Shown in pieces: positions 34,495 through 44,610 of a stretch of DNA of 64,000 bases. The position numbers and the translations under genes were made by a program. This DNA comes from an uncultured Candidatus Saccharibacteria bacterium. GTDB taxonomy: Bacteria > Patescibacteriota > Saccharimonadia > Saccharimonadales > Saccharimonadaceae. The notes below the pieces were generated by a model. The model worked only from the letters and a program-made list of their open reading frames with translations. It made no database searches and was not told the DNA's origin. The stretch is taken from the NCBI GenBank assembly GCA_938046115.1, contig CALIXX010000002.1, positions 4,029 to 68,028 on the forward strand, written 5' to 3'. Numbering within the stretch: the stretch's first letter is position 1; each line of letters begins with the position of its first letter.

Positions 34495-34857
34495 CTATGA
34501 TGATTGGTCGCTTTGCAAAATTTCTAGTGCACGCTGCAAAACCGCAATATCATCAGCGGCATTGTCCTGCTGCTCTAGTGCGCTTATTTTTGCACGAATC
34601 ACCTGCTCGACTGGTGCCACCACTACATCCGCAGCATTCTGAGTGGGCGGTACCACTTGCAGGCTACGTGCTGAGTTATCCTTTTTGACCAAAAATCCAC
34701 GAACAATCAGGCCATTGACATGCGCTGCTACCGTACTGACCGACTTATAGTCGAAGGCACGCATAATTTCGCGGTAGCTTGGGCCGTAACCATTGCTCTT
34801 GATAAATGTGTCTATAAATGTCAATAATTCACGTTGTTTTCGCGTTGGGCTTGTCAT
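34495..34857 (-). CDS. LexA-N-terminal-domain-like winged-helix DNA-binding protein lacking the S24 peptidase domain
   Basis: LTFIDTFIKSNGYGPSYREIMRAFDYKSVSTVAAHVNGLIVRGFLVKK aligns by eye with the LexA DNA-binding domain. Only about 50 further residues follow, and they look helical. The ATG overlaps the upstream stop (ATGA). Confidence 0.6.
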   Translation of the reverse strand: MTSPTRKQRELLTFIDTFIKSNGYGPSYREIMRAFDYKSVSTVAAHVNGLIVRGFLVKKDNSARSLQVVPPTQNAADVVVAPVEQVIRAKISALEQQDNAADDIAVLQRALEILQSDQSS

Positions 34858-36152
34858 AATCCATCCTCCGTTATCGCTAGTGCTGCCAGCCCCCACCAGA
34901 GCATCGACACAGTGTCGTCAACAAAAACTGGTAAGAACAATCCTATCACAGTTAAGCCGATTCCGCCAGCAAAACTACCGAAAGCCAGCCAATATGACCG
35001 GCGATGCCATAATTTTACCAGTACACCAGTGGTTAATGCAACTAATAATAGTAATCCAATCCAGCCAATTTCGTGAGCAACGAACAAATAGTGGTTTTCA
35101 ATAATTAAGCTCTGCCCATTGCCAAGAAGCGATGCCGAGCCAGTACTCCCTACGCCAGTGCCAAGCGGTTGCTGCAAGGCGCGCGTTAGGCCAGCTTGCA
35201 ACGAAGTGATTCGGTCGCTGTCGGATGTTTGGGCCGGGCCATGCGTTGGGTCGTTATGCAAGATAACATTATCAATAAAGTGTGGATCCATAGCGTAGCC
35301 AATGCTACCAACAATCACCCCACAGCCAAGTACTGCGCCAGCACCCCACAGTACGACACGCCGAGATGCCTGCGACTGCCATGACCTGACAATCGCAACA
35401 ATGCCAACGCCAACCGCCACCGCGAGCAGCGCACTTCGCGAATAGCTCTGCCACACTGCAAGCGCCGCTAGCAGCGCCATACCACCAAGCACCCAACGCC
35501 GCATATGCGAGATACGCCGCCATTGCAATGCGCTATACGCCACGATAAGCGTCAGGACAGTACTTGCATACGCCCCAAGTGGGTTTGGCCCACGCAGCGT
35601 GCTATTAATGCGAACATAGGCACTATTGGAGTCGACTGTTTGGTAAGGTTCGATCGTCGTCGGCCCATAGCCAAGCGGCACAAGCACATCACGCGGCAAA
35701 GCAAGCTGCGCTGCTGCAAAGCCAATCACGATAACTGCACCCGCACCAAGCATACGCAGCAACCAGCGTCGATACTGCGGATAATTACTCACAAACACAT
35801 AAACCGCCACACCAAGTGCCACAAAACGCAGATCAATCAACAAACCCGACAGCAGGGCCAACCCAGACGTTGCCACAAGCAGCGCCACCACACCGTGCCA
35901 CAGCGCAAAGGCAAGTGCCAGCTGGATAATGCGATCACTCAGCCAACGCCGCCACTGCCGGCGCAGCGTCACATCAACAATAACAAGAAGTAAGACGACG
36001 AGGAGTAAAACTTCTTTCCACGCCTTGACAAAGAGCGCATAATCTGGCCAATGTGCGCCTACCCATACGGTCAGCGGTGCATGGATAGCCAGCCCGAAAA
36101 ATATCGTACACAAAAACCAAGCCGGTATCTTTTCTCGCAATAACCGCTTCAT
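34854..36152 (-). CDS. O-antigen ligase / polymerase family (Wzy_C-type) membrane protein
   Basis: About 10-12 TM helices with the loop signature WQSYSRSALLAVAVGVGIV typical of the O-antigen ligase family. Confidence 0.72.
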   Translation of the reverse strand: MKRLLREKIPAWFLCTIFFGLAIHAPLTVWVGAHWPDYALFVKAWKEVLLLVVLLLVIVDVTLRRQWRRWLSDRIIQLALAFALWHGVVALLVATSGLALLSGLLIDLRFVALGVAVYVFVSNYPQYRRWLLRMLGAGAVIVIGFAAAQLALPRDVLVPLGYGPTTIEPYQTVDSNSAYVRINSTLRGPNPLGAYASTVLTLIVAYSALQWRRISHMRRWVLGGMALLAALAVWQSYSRSALLAVAVGVGIVAIVRSWQSQASRRVVLWGAGAVLGCGVIVGSIGYAMDPHFIDNVILHNDPTHGPAQTSDSDRITSLQAGLTRALQQPLGTGVGSTGSASLLGNGQSLIIENHYLFVAHEIGWIGLLLLVALTTGVLVKLWHRRSYWLAFGSFAGGIGLTVIGLFLPVFVDDTVSMLWWGLAALAITEDGL

Positions 36153-36160
36153 CTCTTTCT

Positions 36161-36169
36161 AGTGTAGCA
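36161..36169 (-). promoter_or_regulatory. Extended -10 (TGCTACACT) 8 nt upstream of the ATG at 36152
   Basis: The minus strand reads TGCTACACT-AGAAAGAG-ATG. Confidence 0.45.
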
Positions 36170-36185
36170 AACTTTGGGTAAAAAG

Positions 36186-36194
36186 TGTTATAGT
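36186..36194 (+). promoter_or_regulatory. Extended -10 (TGTTATAGT) 10 nt upstream of the ATG at 36205
   Basis: TGTTATAGT-AACAGTTGTT-ATG. It sits back-to-back with the divergent box at 36161-36169. Confidence 0.45.
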
Positions 36195-36204
36195 AACAGT
36201 TGTT

Positions 36205-37641
36205 ATGCCGTCAAAAAATACGAAATTTTATAGTCTCATTCTCATCGGCCTCGATTTTGTTGTGCTGATGGCGGTGTTTTTCATCGCATACTATGTCCGT
36301 ACGCAAATCGATCACCGTGATTTGCTCCATACTGTCTATGCTAGCGACTATCTGCTTGGTTTCGTCGTCATTGCGCCAGTGTGGATTATTCTCTATGCCT
36401 CACTTGGACTCTATAGCGCAAGCGTCTATAGCCGGCGACTCGTCGAATGGGGGCGGCTGCTGCTGGGGACATTCATGGGTATTCTGCTGGTGATTGGCTG
36501 GGAATATGGCACACGAATGTATATCTTTCCAGCCCGCTTGGTGGCGATGTATGTCTTTCTTGGTTCGTTTTTGGCAATTGGCACGGTGCGCGAGTTGTTT
36601 CGCCTGACACGAAGTTGGCTCTTCCAGTACAACCATGGTGTGAACCGTGTGATGGTAATCGGGACATCGCTGGCAACGCGGGACATCGCTGAGTCAATCT
36701 CGACCACCTACAAGTCAGGTTTTCGTGTTGTGGCAATGGCTGGCCCCAAGCGCTTTGTACCGCCTGGGCTCGATGTTGTTCATTTTGCATCACTCGACCC
36801 TGCCCTTGCGCAGATCAAGGAGCTCAAGATCGACACCATTATCCAAACCAACCTCTACGAAAATGAGGAAAAGAATCAAAAAGTGCTTGGTGCCGCACAG
36901 GTCAACCATATCCAATACAACTTCATCCCTGGCGAGCCAGAATTTTATACTGGCAAAAACACCATCGATGTTTTTCTTGGCTACCCAATGATTACCGTTA
37001 GTCAAACACCACTCATTGGCTGGGGAGAAATCGCAAAGCGGATTTTCGACACAATTATTTCTGGCATATTACTCATTGCCCTTGCCCCGCTTTTTGTACT
37101 CCTTATCATTATGCAAAAGATCTTTAACCCTGGGCCAGCATTTTATATCTCAAAGCGCCTCAGTCGCTACTCCGAGCCAATCCAGCTCATCAAGTTCCGT
37201 AGTATGGGTGCACAATATGGCAAGCAAGACGCGGCTGATGAATTCCGTGCAATGGGTCGCGACGACCTGGCTGAAGAGTATGAAAAAAACCGCAAGGTCG
37301 AACACGACCCACGCATCACTCGCTTTGGCAATTTTTTGCGGGCAACATCACTTGACGAATTACCCCAGATTTTCAACGTCTTTCGTGGTGATTTGAGCTT
37401 GGTTGGGCCGCGGCCAATTCTACCCCAAGAAGTGAAGTTTAGTTCAGCCCGCACGGCACTCTTGCACAGCGTGAAGTCAGGGGTGACGGGCCTATGGCAG
37501 GTATCTGGGCGCTCAAACCTGAGCTTCGATGAGCGGATCGAGCTTGAGCTATTTTATGCCCAAAACTGGAGCTTCTGGCTAGATATCAAGATTCTATTCA
37601 AGACGATTGGTGTGGTGCTACGCAAGACGGGCGCGAAATAG
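36205..37641 (+). CDS. Polyprenyl-phosphate hexose-1-phosphate transferase (WbaP/Bac_transf-type initiating glycosyltransferase)
   Basis: N-terminal TM bundle and the C-terminal motif RATSLDELPQIFNVFRGDLSLVGPRP. Confidence 0.9.
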   Translation: MPSKNTKFYSLILIGLDFVVLMAVFFIAYYVRTQIDHRDLLHTVYASDYLLGFVVIAPVWIILYASLGLYSASVYSRRLVEWGRLLLGTFMGILLVIGWEYGTRMYIFPARLVAMYVFLGSFLAIGTVRELFRLTRSWLFQYNHGVNRVMVIGTSLATRDIAESISTTYKSGFRVVAMAGPKRFVPPGLDVVHFASLDPALAQIKELKIDTIIQTNLYENEEKNQKVLGAAQVNHIQYNFIPGEPEFYTGKNTIDVFLGYPMITVSQTPLIGWGEIAKRIFDTIISGILLIALAPLFVLLIIMQKIFNPGPAFYISKRLSRYSEPIQLIKFRSMGAQYGKQDAADEFRAMGRDDLAEEYEKNRKVEHDPRITRFGNFLRATSLDELPQIFNVFRGDLSLVGPRPILPQEVKFSSARTALLHSVKSGVTGLWQVSGRSNLSFDERIELELFYAQNWSFWLDIKILFKTIGVVLRKTGAK

Positions 37642-37937
37642 ACGACTGTCGTTGCGAAAATTGGATAAATAGTTTAGCATTAATAAGCTTCCTGTTTGGG
37701 CTACAAGCTATGTTTATTTTTATAGGAGTCTCTGCGACACTCCATTTGCTGGAATACTTGGTTTATTAGTTTTCATAACAAAACGTCATCTTTAATATAA
37801 AAGATTAATAGTGGAAGGTGCCGATGTTTTATAACGTCTCTAAGAAAGTAGTAGAAGTGTGGGGCAGAAAATCGCAACAATAAGCCGTCAGGCTTGGGCA
37901 CTGCTTACAAAAAAGCGTGTAGCCCTCAGTCCCTTAG

Positions 37938-39062
37938 TTATTTTATCATCTGATCGCGCACTACCTTGCGTAGCTTAGTCAGAAATAGCGTCTTGTCAAA
38001 ACGCTGTGCGGTGCGGCGCAAGACTGCAGGGTCAAAGGTTTGTTTCTCGGCCTGCTCAATTGCCTTAGCAACGCTGATGCTCGTCTGCCGGTCAAACAGC
38101 ACACCCACTTCGGGCGACGTGACGATATCCGTCGTGCCGCCACGAGCCAAACCAATCACTGGCGCACCAGCCGCTAGCGCTTCAACACTGACAATCCCAA
38201 AGTCCTCCTCTGCTGGATAGATAAAGCCACGCGCTGTTGTAATAGCCTTCTCATATTCGGCATCGCTCGCATCGCCGAAGCGATCGGTGCGGAACTCAAC
38301 TGTTGGACCAGCCAGGTCAACGAGCCTACTGTGCGCGGGACCATTACCAAAGACAATCAGCTTCTTGCCAAGTTTTGTTGCTGCTGTGACTGCCAAGTCG
38401 TACCGCTTGTATGGCAACTGCCGGCCAATCGTCACATAATGATCACCCCGCTTGGCAGCAGGCGTAAACCGGTTTATATCTACTGGTGGATGAATAACTA
38501 TACTATTTCGATTGTAATATTTTTTAATGCGCTGTTGCGTCTCGGTCGAGTTTGCCAAGAAAACATCGACTTGCCGAGCCGCTTGGAGGTCTAGCTTGCG
38601 CTGGTGCGGCACCATGAGTGGCATGAGCGTGCGAATGAGCGGATTGAGATTACCATAGCCTGGGTCGCGTCGATATTCATCGTAGTGGCTCCAGTAATAT
38701 CGTGGTGGTGTGTGACAATAGTTGATAATAACCTGATCGGGCCTCGTCTTTCTCACTTGGTGACCATGCATGTATGAGCTGGTGAGGATGATATCAAACT
38801 CACGCAGATCAAGTCGCCGCATCGCTTTGACAGCCAGTGTTGGAAACAGCTTATAATACGTGCGCACCTTGCGTGGGATTTTTTGCAAAAACGACGGCCG
38901 AACATCAAGCTCAGCAAAGGCTGGCATTTTGTCCTCATTGTACATTGCGGTATAGATCGGCGCATCCGGAAAAGCTTCGTGCATGGCCAACACGACATTC
39001 TCGGCACCACCCATTGTTGTCAAGAAGTCGCAGACAATGGCAATTTTGGGTTGTTTACTCAT
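37938..39062 (-). CDS. Glycosyltransferase family 4 (GT-B)
   Basis: KIAIVCDFLTTMGGAEN, and the C-terminal EX7E-type motif PAEEDFGIVSVEALAAGAPVIG. Start at MSKQPK. Confidence 0.85.
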   Translation of the reverse strand: MSKQPKIAIVCDFLTTMGGAENVVLAMHEAFPDAPIYTAMYNEDKMPAFAELDVRPSFLQKIPRKVRTYYKLFPTLAVKAMRRLDLREFDIILTSSYMHGHQVRKTRPDQVIINYCHTPPRYYWSHYDEYRRDPGYGNLNPLIRTLMPLMVPHQRKLDLQAARQVDVFLANSTETQQRIKKYYNRNSIVIHPPVDINRFTPAAKRGDHYVTIGRQLPYKRYDLAVTAATKLGKKLIVFGNGPAHSRLVDLAGPTVEFRTDRFGDASDAEYEKAITTARGFIYPAEEDFGIVSVEALAAGAPVIGLARGGTTDIVTSPEVGVLFDRQTSISVAKAIEQAEKQTFDPAVLRRTAQRFDKTLFLTKLRKVVRDQMIK

Positions 39063-39068
39063 AGTATC

Positions 39069-39074
39069 AGTGTA
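39069..39074 (-). promoter_or_regulatory. -10 box TACACT 6 nt upstream of the GT4 ATG
   Basis: The minus strand reads GCTACACT-GATACT-ATG, in the 39-nt gap after glmS. Confidence 0.4.
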
Positions 39075-39101
39075 GCGCAAAGGAGAGATTTTACCTATAC
39101 C

Positions 39102-40928
39102 TTACTCCACCGTCACGCTCTTAGCAAGATTACGCGGCTGGTCGACGTCGTGTCCCCGCTCCACTGCCATATAGTAAGCAAAAAGCTGTGATATAACATT
39201 AAACAAAATTGGCGTGAGGTGCTGCAGCTTAGTTGCAACGCGCACCACTGTCTCGGCAGGTACGCGTTTATCCGTATCGGTAATAACAATCGCATGAGCA
39301 CCACGTGCATTCATCTCGATCAAATTACTCTGCGATTTTTCGTACAGCCAGTTGTCCTGCAAATAACACACTTCGAAGAAATGATCGTCGATCAGGGCAA
39401 TTGGCCCATGCTTGAGCTCACCTGCTGCATAGGCTTCAGCATGAATATAGCTTACCTCCTTAAGCTTAAGTGCGCCTTCAAGTGCAGCTGGGTAGAGTGT
39501 GTCGCGACCAATATAGAGCGCATGATTATAGTGAGCATAATTATGTGCGATGTTTTTGACGCTATCAGCCTGCTTAGCCAGCGTCTTTTCAATCTCAGCT
39601 GGCAGCATCTCAAGCTCATTAATAAACTCACCTATCAGTTGCGGGTTTGTTCCCTTGGCTGCTGCAAGCATCAGGCCAAAGATTGTCATTGCGGCCACTT
39701 GCGAAGTAAAGGCCTTGGTGCTGGCCACACTGATCTCTGCCCCCACGTGTACATATACTCCACCGTCAACTTCGCGTGCAATCGTGCTCCCCACTGCATT
39801 GACGACACCAAGGCACGTCACACCACGCCGTTTGAGTTCCATCAGGCAAGCTAATGTATCGGCTGTCTCACCACTCTGACTCACAATGAGCGCAACGGTA
39901 TGCTCGGGGATGTTATATGCTCGGTAGCGCAGCTCACTAGCAATCTCTACACTCACTGTTACATCATCAGTCAGTTGCTCAATAAAATAACTAGCCTGCA
40001 TACCCGCAAAATACGCCGTGCCACAGCCCACAATCATCACATGCTTGATCTGTCGCAATTCAGCATCACTTAAGCCTATGCCGCCTAGCCGGGCATAACG
40101 CTGCGCTGCAATCACTCGTCCAGCCAGCGTTGCTGCAAGGCTGGTCGGTTGCTCAAATATTTCTTTGAGGAGAAAGTGGTCGTACCCCTGTTTTTGAATA
40201 GCTTGCAAATCCATCTCTAGCGTCTCTACTTGTACATCAACCACTTGTGAATCCGTCGTTTGGAGCTCGAGACCAGTGCGGGTGCAGCGCCCTACTTCGC
40301 CATCGTGCAGATAGACCACTTGGTTGGTATACCCCACCAAGGCCGATGCATCACTAGCAATGTACGTTTCGCCATCACCAAGCCCAACAATGAGCGGGCT
40401 ACCTTTGCGGGCCACAATAATCTCATCAGGGTCACTTGCTTGAACAACTGCTAAGCCATACGTGCCTACCACCATTTTGAGCGCACCTCGCACTGCCGCC
40501 AAGAGGTCTGGTGCTTGCTTGTGCAGATAGTCGATAAGCGCCGTCAATACTTCGGTGTCAGTATCACTCTTAAATTCATACTCATGCGCTGCAAGCATCG
40601 TCTTGAGTGCCTGATAATTCTCGATAATGCCATTATGTACAACGTAGATCTGCCCCACCTGATGTGGATGAGCGTTGCGTTTGCTGGGTGCCCCGTGGGT
40701 TGCCCAGCGAGTGTGACCAATACCAACCGTATCAGTCGTCTTGTGGCGAGCTGTTAGTTCATTCAGCGCAGCCACCTTGCCTTTCGTTCGGAGCAACGTT
40801 GGCGCAGCATCCTTGTCGAGTGTAACAATACCAGCACTATCATATCCACGATATTCAAGCCGCTTGAGTTCCGTCAGCAGTACACCCTGCGCTGGTCGCG
40901 TTCCGATATATCCAACTATTCCACACAT
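39102..40928 (-). CDS. glmS: Glutamine--fructose-6-phosphate aminotransferase
   Basis: N-terminal MCGIVGYIG, two SIS domains, C-terminal LAKSVTVE. SD AGGAAAGG lies upstream. Confidence 0.97.
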   Translation of the reverse strand: MCGIVGYIGTRPAQGVLLTELKRLEYRGYDSAGIVTLDKDAAPTLLRTKGKVAALNELTARHKTTDTVGIGHTRWATHGAPSKRNAHPHQVGQIYVVHNGIIENYQALKTMLAAHEYEFKSDTDTEVLTALIDYLHKQAPDLLAAVRGALKMVVGTYGLAVVQASDPDEIIVARKGSPLIVGLGDGETYIASDASALVGYTNQVVYLHDGEVGRCTRTGLELQTTDSQVVDVQVETLEMDLQAIQKQGYDHFLLKEIFEQPTSLAATLAGRVIAAQRYARLGGIGLSDAELRQIKHVMIVGCGTAYFAGMQASYFIEQLTDDVTVSVEIASELRYRAYNIPEHTVALIVSQSGETADTLACLMELKRRGVTCLGVVNAVGSTIAREVDGGVYVHVGAEISVASTKAFTSQVAAMTIFGLMLAAAKGTNPQLIGEFINELEMLPAEIEKTLAKQADSVKNIAHNYAHYNHALYIGRDTLYPAALEGALKLKEVSYIHAEAYAAGELKHGPIALIDDHFFEVCYLQDNWLYEKSQSNLIEMNARGAHAIVITDTDKRVPAETVVRVATKLQHLTPILFNVISQLFAYYMAVERGHDVDQPRNLAKSVTVE

Positions 40929-41188
40929 AGATTTTTCCTTTCCTCTTGTATTATGGCGCTTTGGTCTTTGCCTTCTAGTGTACTCTTATTTTTGAACAAT
41001 TTTGCAAGAATGTAAAAATTACAATGATTTTTCTCTGTTAGATTATGTTGATGTTTTTACATTAATAGTACTTCAGCTGTAAAATATAGAGAAAAACGAC
41101 AGAATAAGCAAGAACGAATGCAGTGCTCATTCTCAGCAATAGTTAAGCTGATATGCTCATACTTATAGACAAAGAATAATACGATATG

Positions 41189-41218
41189 TTCGACATTTTT
41201 TCGACGAAGGGGTATACT
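41189..41218 (+). promoter_or_regulatory. Promoter TTCGAC-N18-TATACT, 7 nt upstream of the galE ATG
   Basis: -35 is at 41189-41194 and -10 at 41213-41218, then AGGTAAT-ATG with no Shine-Dalgarno. Confidence 0.45.
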
Positions 41219-41225
41219 AGGTAAT

Positions 41226-42260
41226 ATGAGTAGAGAAACGATTTTAGTCACTGGTGGCGCTGGGTATATTGGCAGCCACACCATTATTGAGCTTATTGCG
41301 GCAAGATTTGACGTCGTCGTTATTGACAACCTCGCCAATGCCAGCCGTGAAAGTCTGCGACGTGTCGAAACAATTACCGGCACAACTATCCCCTTTGTCG
41401 AGGCTGATGTGCGCGACCGATCGGCACTCGATGCGATTTTTACCAAGCATGATATCAGTGCTGTGATTCACTTTGCTGGACTCAAGGCAGTTGGTGAGTC
41501 GGTTGAGAAGCCGCTCGAATACTATGACTGCAATCTTAGCTCAACCCTCACCCTCTTAGCTGCAATGCGACAACATGGAGTGCATCGACTTGTTTTCTCA
41601 AGCTCTGCGACGGTCTATGGCACACCAGAGTCATTGCCACTCACTGAATCATCACGCACTGGCACCGGCATTACTAATCCATACGGCTGGACGAAATATA
41701 TGATCGAGCAGATCATTCGTGACTATTGCACGGCTCACCCCGACTTCCAAGCGACTATCTTGCGCTACTTTAATCCGATTGGTGCGCATATATCAGGTAT
41801 GATTGGCGAAGATCCAAATGGCATCCCTAATAATCTCCTGCCCTATGTTGCACAAGTTGCCGTTGGAAAATTGCAAAGCGTTGGTGTATTTGGTGATGAC
41901 TACGACACGCCTGACGGTACTGGTGTACGCGACTACATTCACGTTGTCGACCTCGCCAAAGGGCACGTGGCCGCTCTATCGCACATGCAGCCTGGTGAGC
42001 ACACCTATAACCTTGGTACTGGCCATGGCACTTCTGTCCTGGAAATCATTAGAGCCTTTGGCAAAGCGTGCAAGCATGACATTCCATACGAGATAAAACC
42101 ACGCCGAGCTGGTGATATTGCAGCTTGCTATGCCGACTGCAGTAAGGCGCAGCAAGAGCTTGGTTGGCAAGCAGAATTATCCATCGAACAAGCCTGTGAA
42201 GACTCCTGGCGCTGGCAATCTCACAACCCAAATGGTTATAAGAATTTAAAATTTAGATAA
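41226..42260 (+). CDS. galE: UDP-glucose 4-epimerase
   Basis: VTGGAGYIGSH Rossmann motif, catalytic YGWTK (YxxxK), and full-length similarity to GalE. Confidence 0.93.
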   Translation: MSRETILVTGGAGYIGSHTIIELIAARFDVVVIDNLANASRESLRRVETITGTTIPFVEADVRDRSALDAIFTKHDISAVIHFAGLKAVGESVEKPLEYYDCNLSSTLTLLAAMRQHGVHRLVFSSSATVYGTPESLPLTESSRTGTGITNPYGWTKYMIEQIIRDYCTAHPDFQATILRYFNPIGAHISGMIGEDPNGIPNNLLPYVAQVAVGKLQSVGVFGDDYDTPDGTGVRDYIHVVDLAKGHVAALSHMQPGEHTYNLGTGHGTSVLEIIRAFGKACKHDIPYEIKPRRAGDIAACYADCSKAQQELGWQAELSIEQACEDSWRWQSHNPNGYKNLKFR

Positions 42261-42279
42261 TACCCCATGAGGGTATTAT
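42257..42279. repeat. 9-bp inverted repeat overlapping the galE stop; related to the 27781-27819 element
   Basis: ATAATACCC-CATGA-GGGTATTAT, followed by GCAATGAACAAAATATTTATT. The other site reads ACAATGAACATAAAATACTATTTATT. Confidence 0.7.
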
Positions 42280-42439
42280 GCAATGAACAAAATATTTATT
42301 ATATTCAAAATGAATATATTATTTGTTCATACAATAATTTTATTATTCAAGGGCATAAGCTTCCTGCTATATACGTTTGTGTCTCTGAGTAATAAATGTA
42401 TACAAACTATTGTTGCCTGCAAAGTTAATCTATAGAAAT

Positions 42440-42470
42440 AATAAACAGCCCATAGATATTGGGCTGCTTT
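42440..42470 (-). terminator. Rho-independent terminator downstream of the cytidylyltransferase gene
   Basis: The minus strand reads CAGCCCA-ATATCTA-TGGGCTG followed by TTTATTATTT. Confidence 0.55.
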
Positions 42471-42509
42471 GTTACTGCAAAAAATAGCAAGTTTCGGTTT
42501 AGACGCCTA

Positions 42510-44058
<1,549 letters not shown>

Positions 44059-44061
44059 CCA

Positions 44062-44610
44062 ATGCCCGATACCCCCAGTAAAACTCGTGTGAGTAGCAAG
44101 ATCGCCTACCAAAACCCGTGGATCACCATCCACGAAGACCAAACACGCGACCACGCAGGCAATCTGGGGGTATATGGCTATATGGAGTCGCGAAACTCGT
44201 GTATGGTCGTTGCTGTCGACGAGCATGAGCGCATCTACCTGGTGCGTGGCTTCCGCTACCCCTCACAGAGCTTTGGCTGGGAATTGCCCGGTGGTGGCGG
44301 TGATGGCGAGGATCTGCTCACCGCCTCCAAGCGCGAACTAGAGGAAGAGACTGGTATTGTTGCCCAGTCGTGGGAGAAGCTCGGTGAGGCATACGTGTGC
44401 AATGGCCTGATGACAGAGAAAATGGCGGTGTGCTTGGCACGAGACCTGTCTTTTGGCGGCAACAAAGAACAGTCGGATGAAGTATTTAGCGATATGCGGT
44501 TCTTCACCAACGAGGAGATCGACCAGCTTATTACCCAAGGCGATATCAACGACTGCCAGACACTAGCTGGCCTCCATTATTATCATATATGGCGAAAGGA
44601 GAACGCATGA
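44062..44610 (+). CDS. NUDIX hydrolase
   Basis: Nudix box GGGGDGEDLLTASKRELEEETGI. It lies 3 nt after rfbB, and its stop overlaps the rfbC start (ATGA). Confidence 0.85.
   Translation: MPDTPSKTRVSSKIAYQNPWITIHEDQTRDHAGNLGVYGYMESRNSCMVVAVDEHERIYLVRGFRYPSQSFGWELPGGGGDGEDLLTASKRELEEETGIVAQSWEKLGEAYVCNGLMTEKMAVCLARDLSFGGNKEQSDEVFSDMRFFTNEEIDQLITQGDINDCQTLAGLHYYHIWRKENA

Noticed and set aside
40929-41225. A possible glmS ribozyme in the roughly 300-bp region upstream of glmS.
   Set aside because: Reading the minus strand, I find no conserved ribozyme core (AGCGCCAGAACU..., GACGAGGA-type elements). The SD (AGGAAAGG) lies directly before the ATG and a promoter-like TTGCAA...TACACT within about 60 nt, so the 5' UTR seems too short. 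Most of the spacer is better explained as the divergent galE promoter region.
42257-42279. The galE-proximal hairpin as a simple rho-independent terminator.
   Set aside because: The 9-bp stem is not followed by a T-tract (the next bases are GCAATGAAC). It also shares sequence with the non-terminator palindrome at 27781-27819, so I report it as a repeat element instead.
44607-44610. An alternative genetic code (UGA recoding, as in some candidate phyla).
   Set aside because: TGA is used as a functional stop. Examples are the NUDIX stop overlapping the rfbC start and the end of the HD/DUF1152 gene at 31628. Conserved proteins (RecA, RuvB, GlmS, RfbA) have normal lengths with no in-frame TGA, so the standard code fits.
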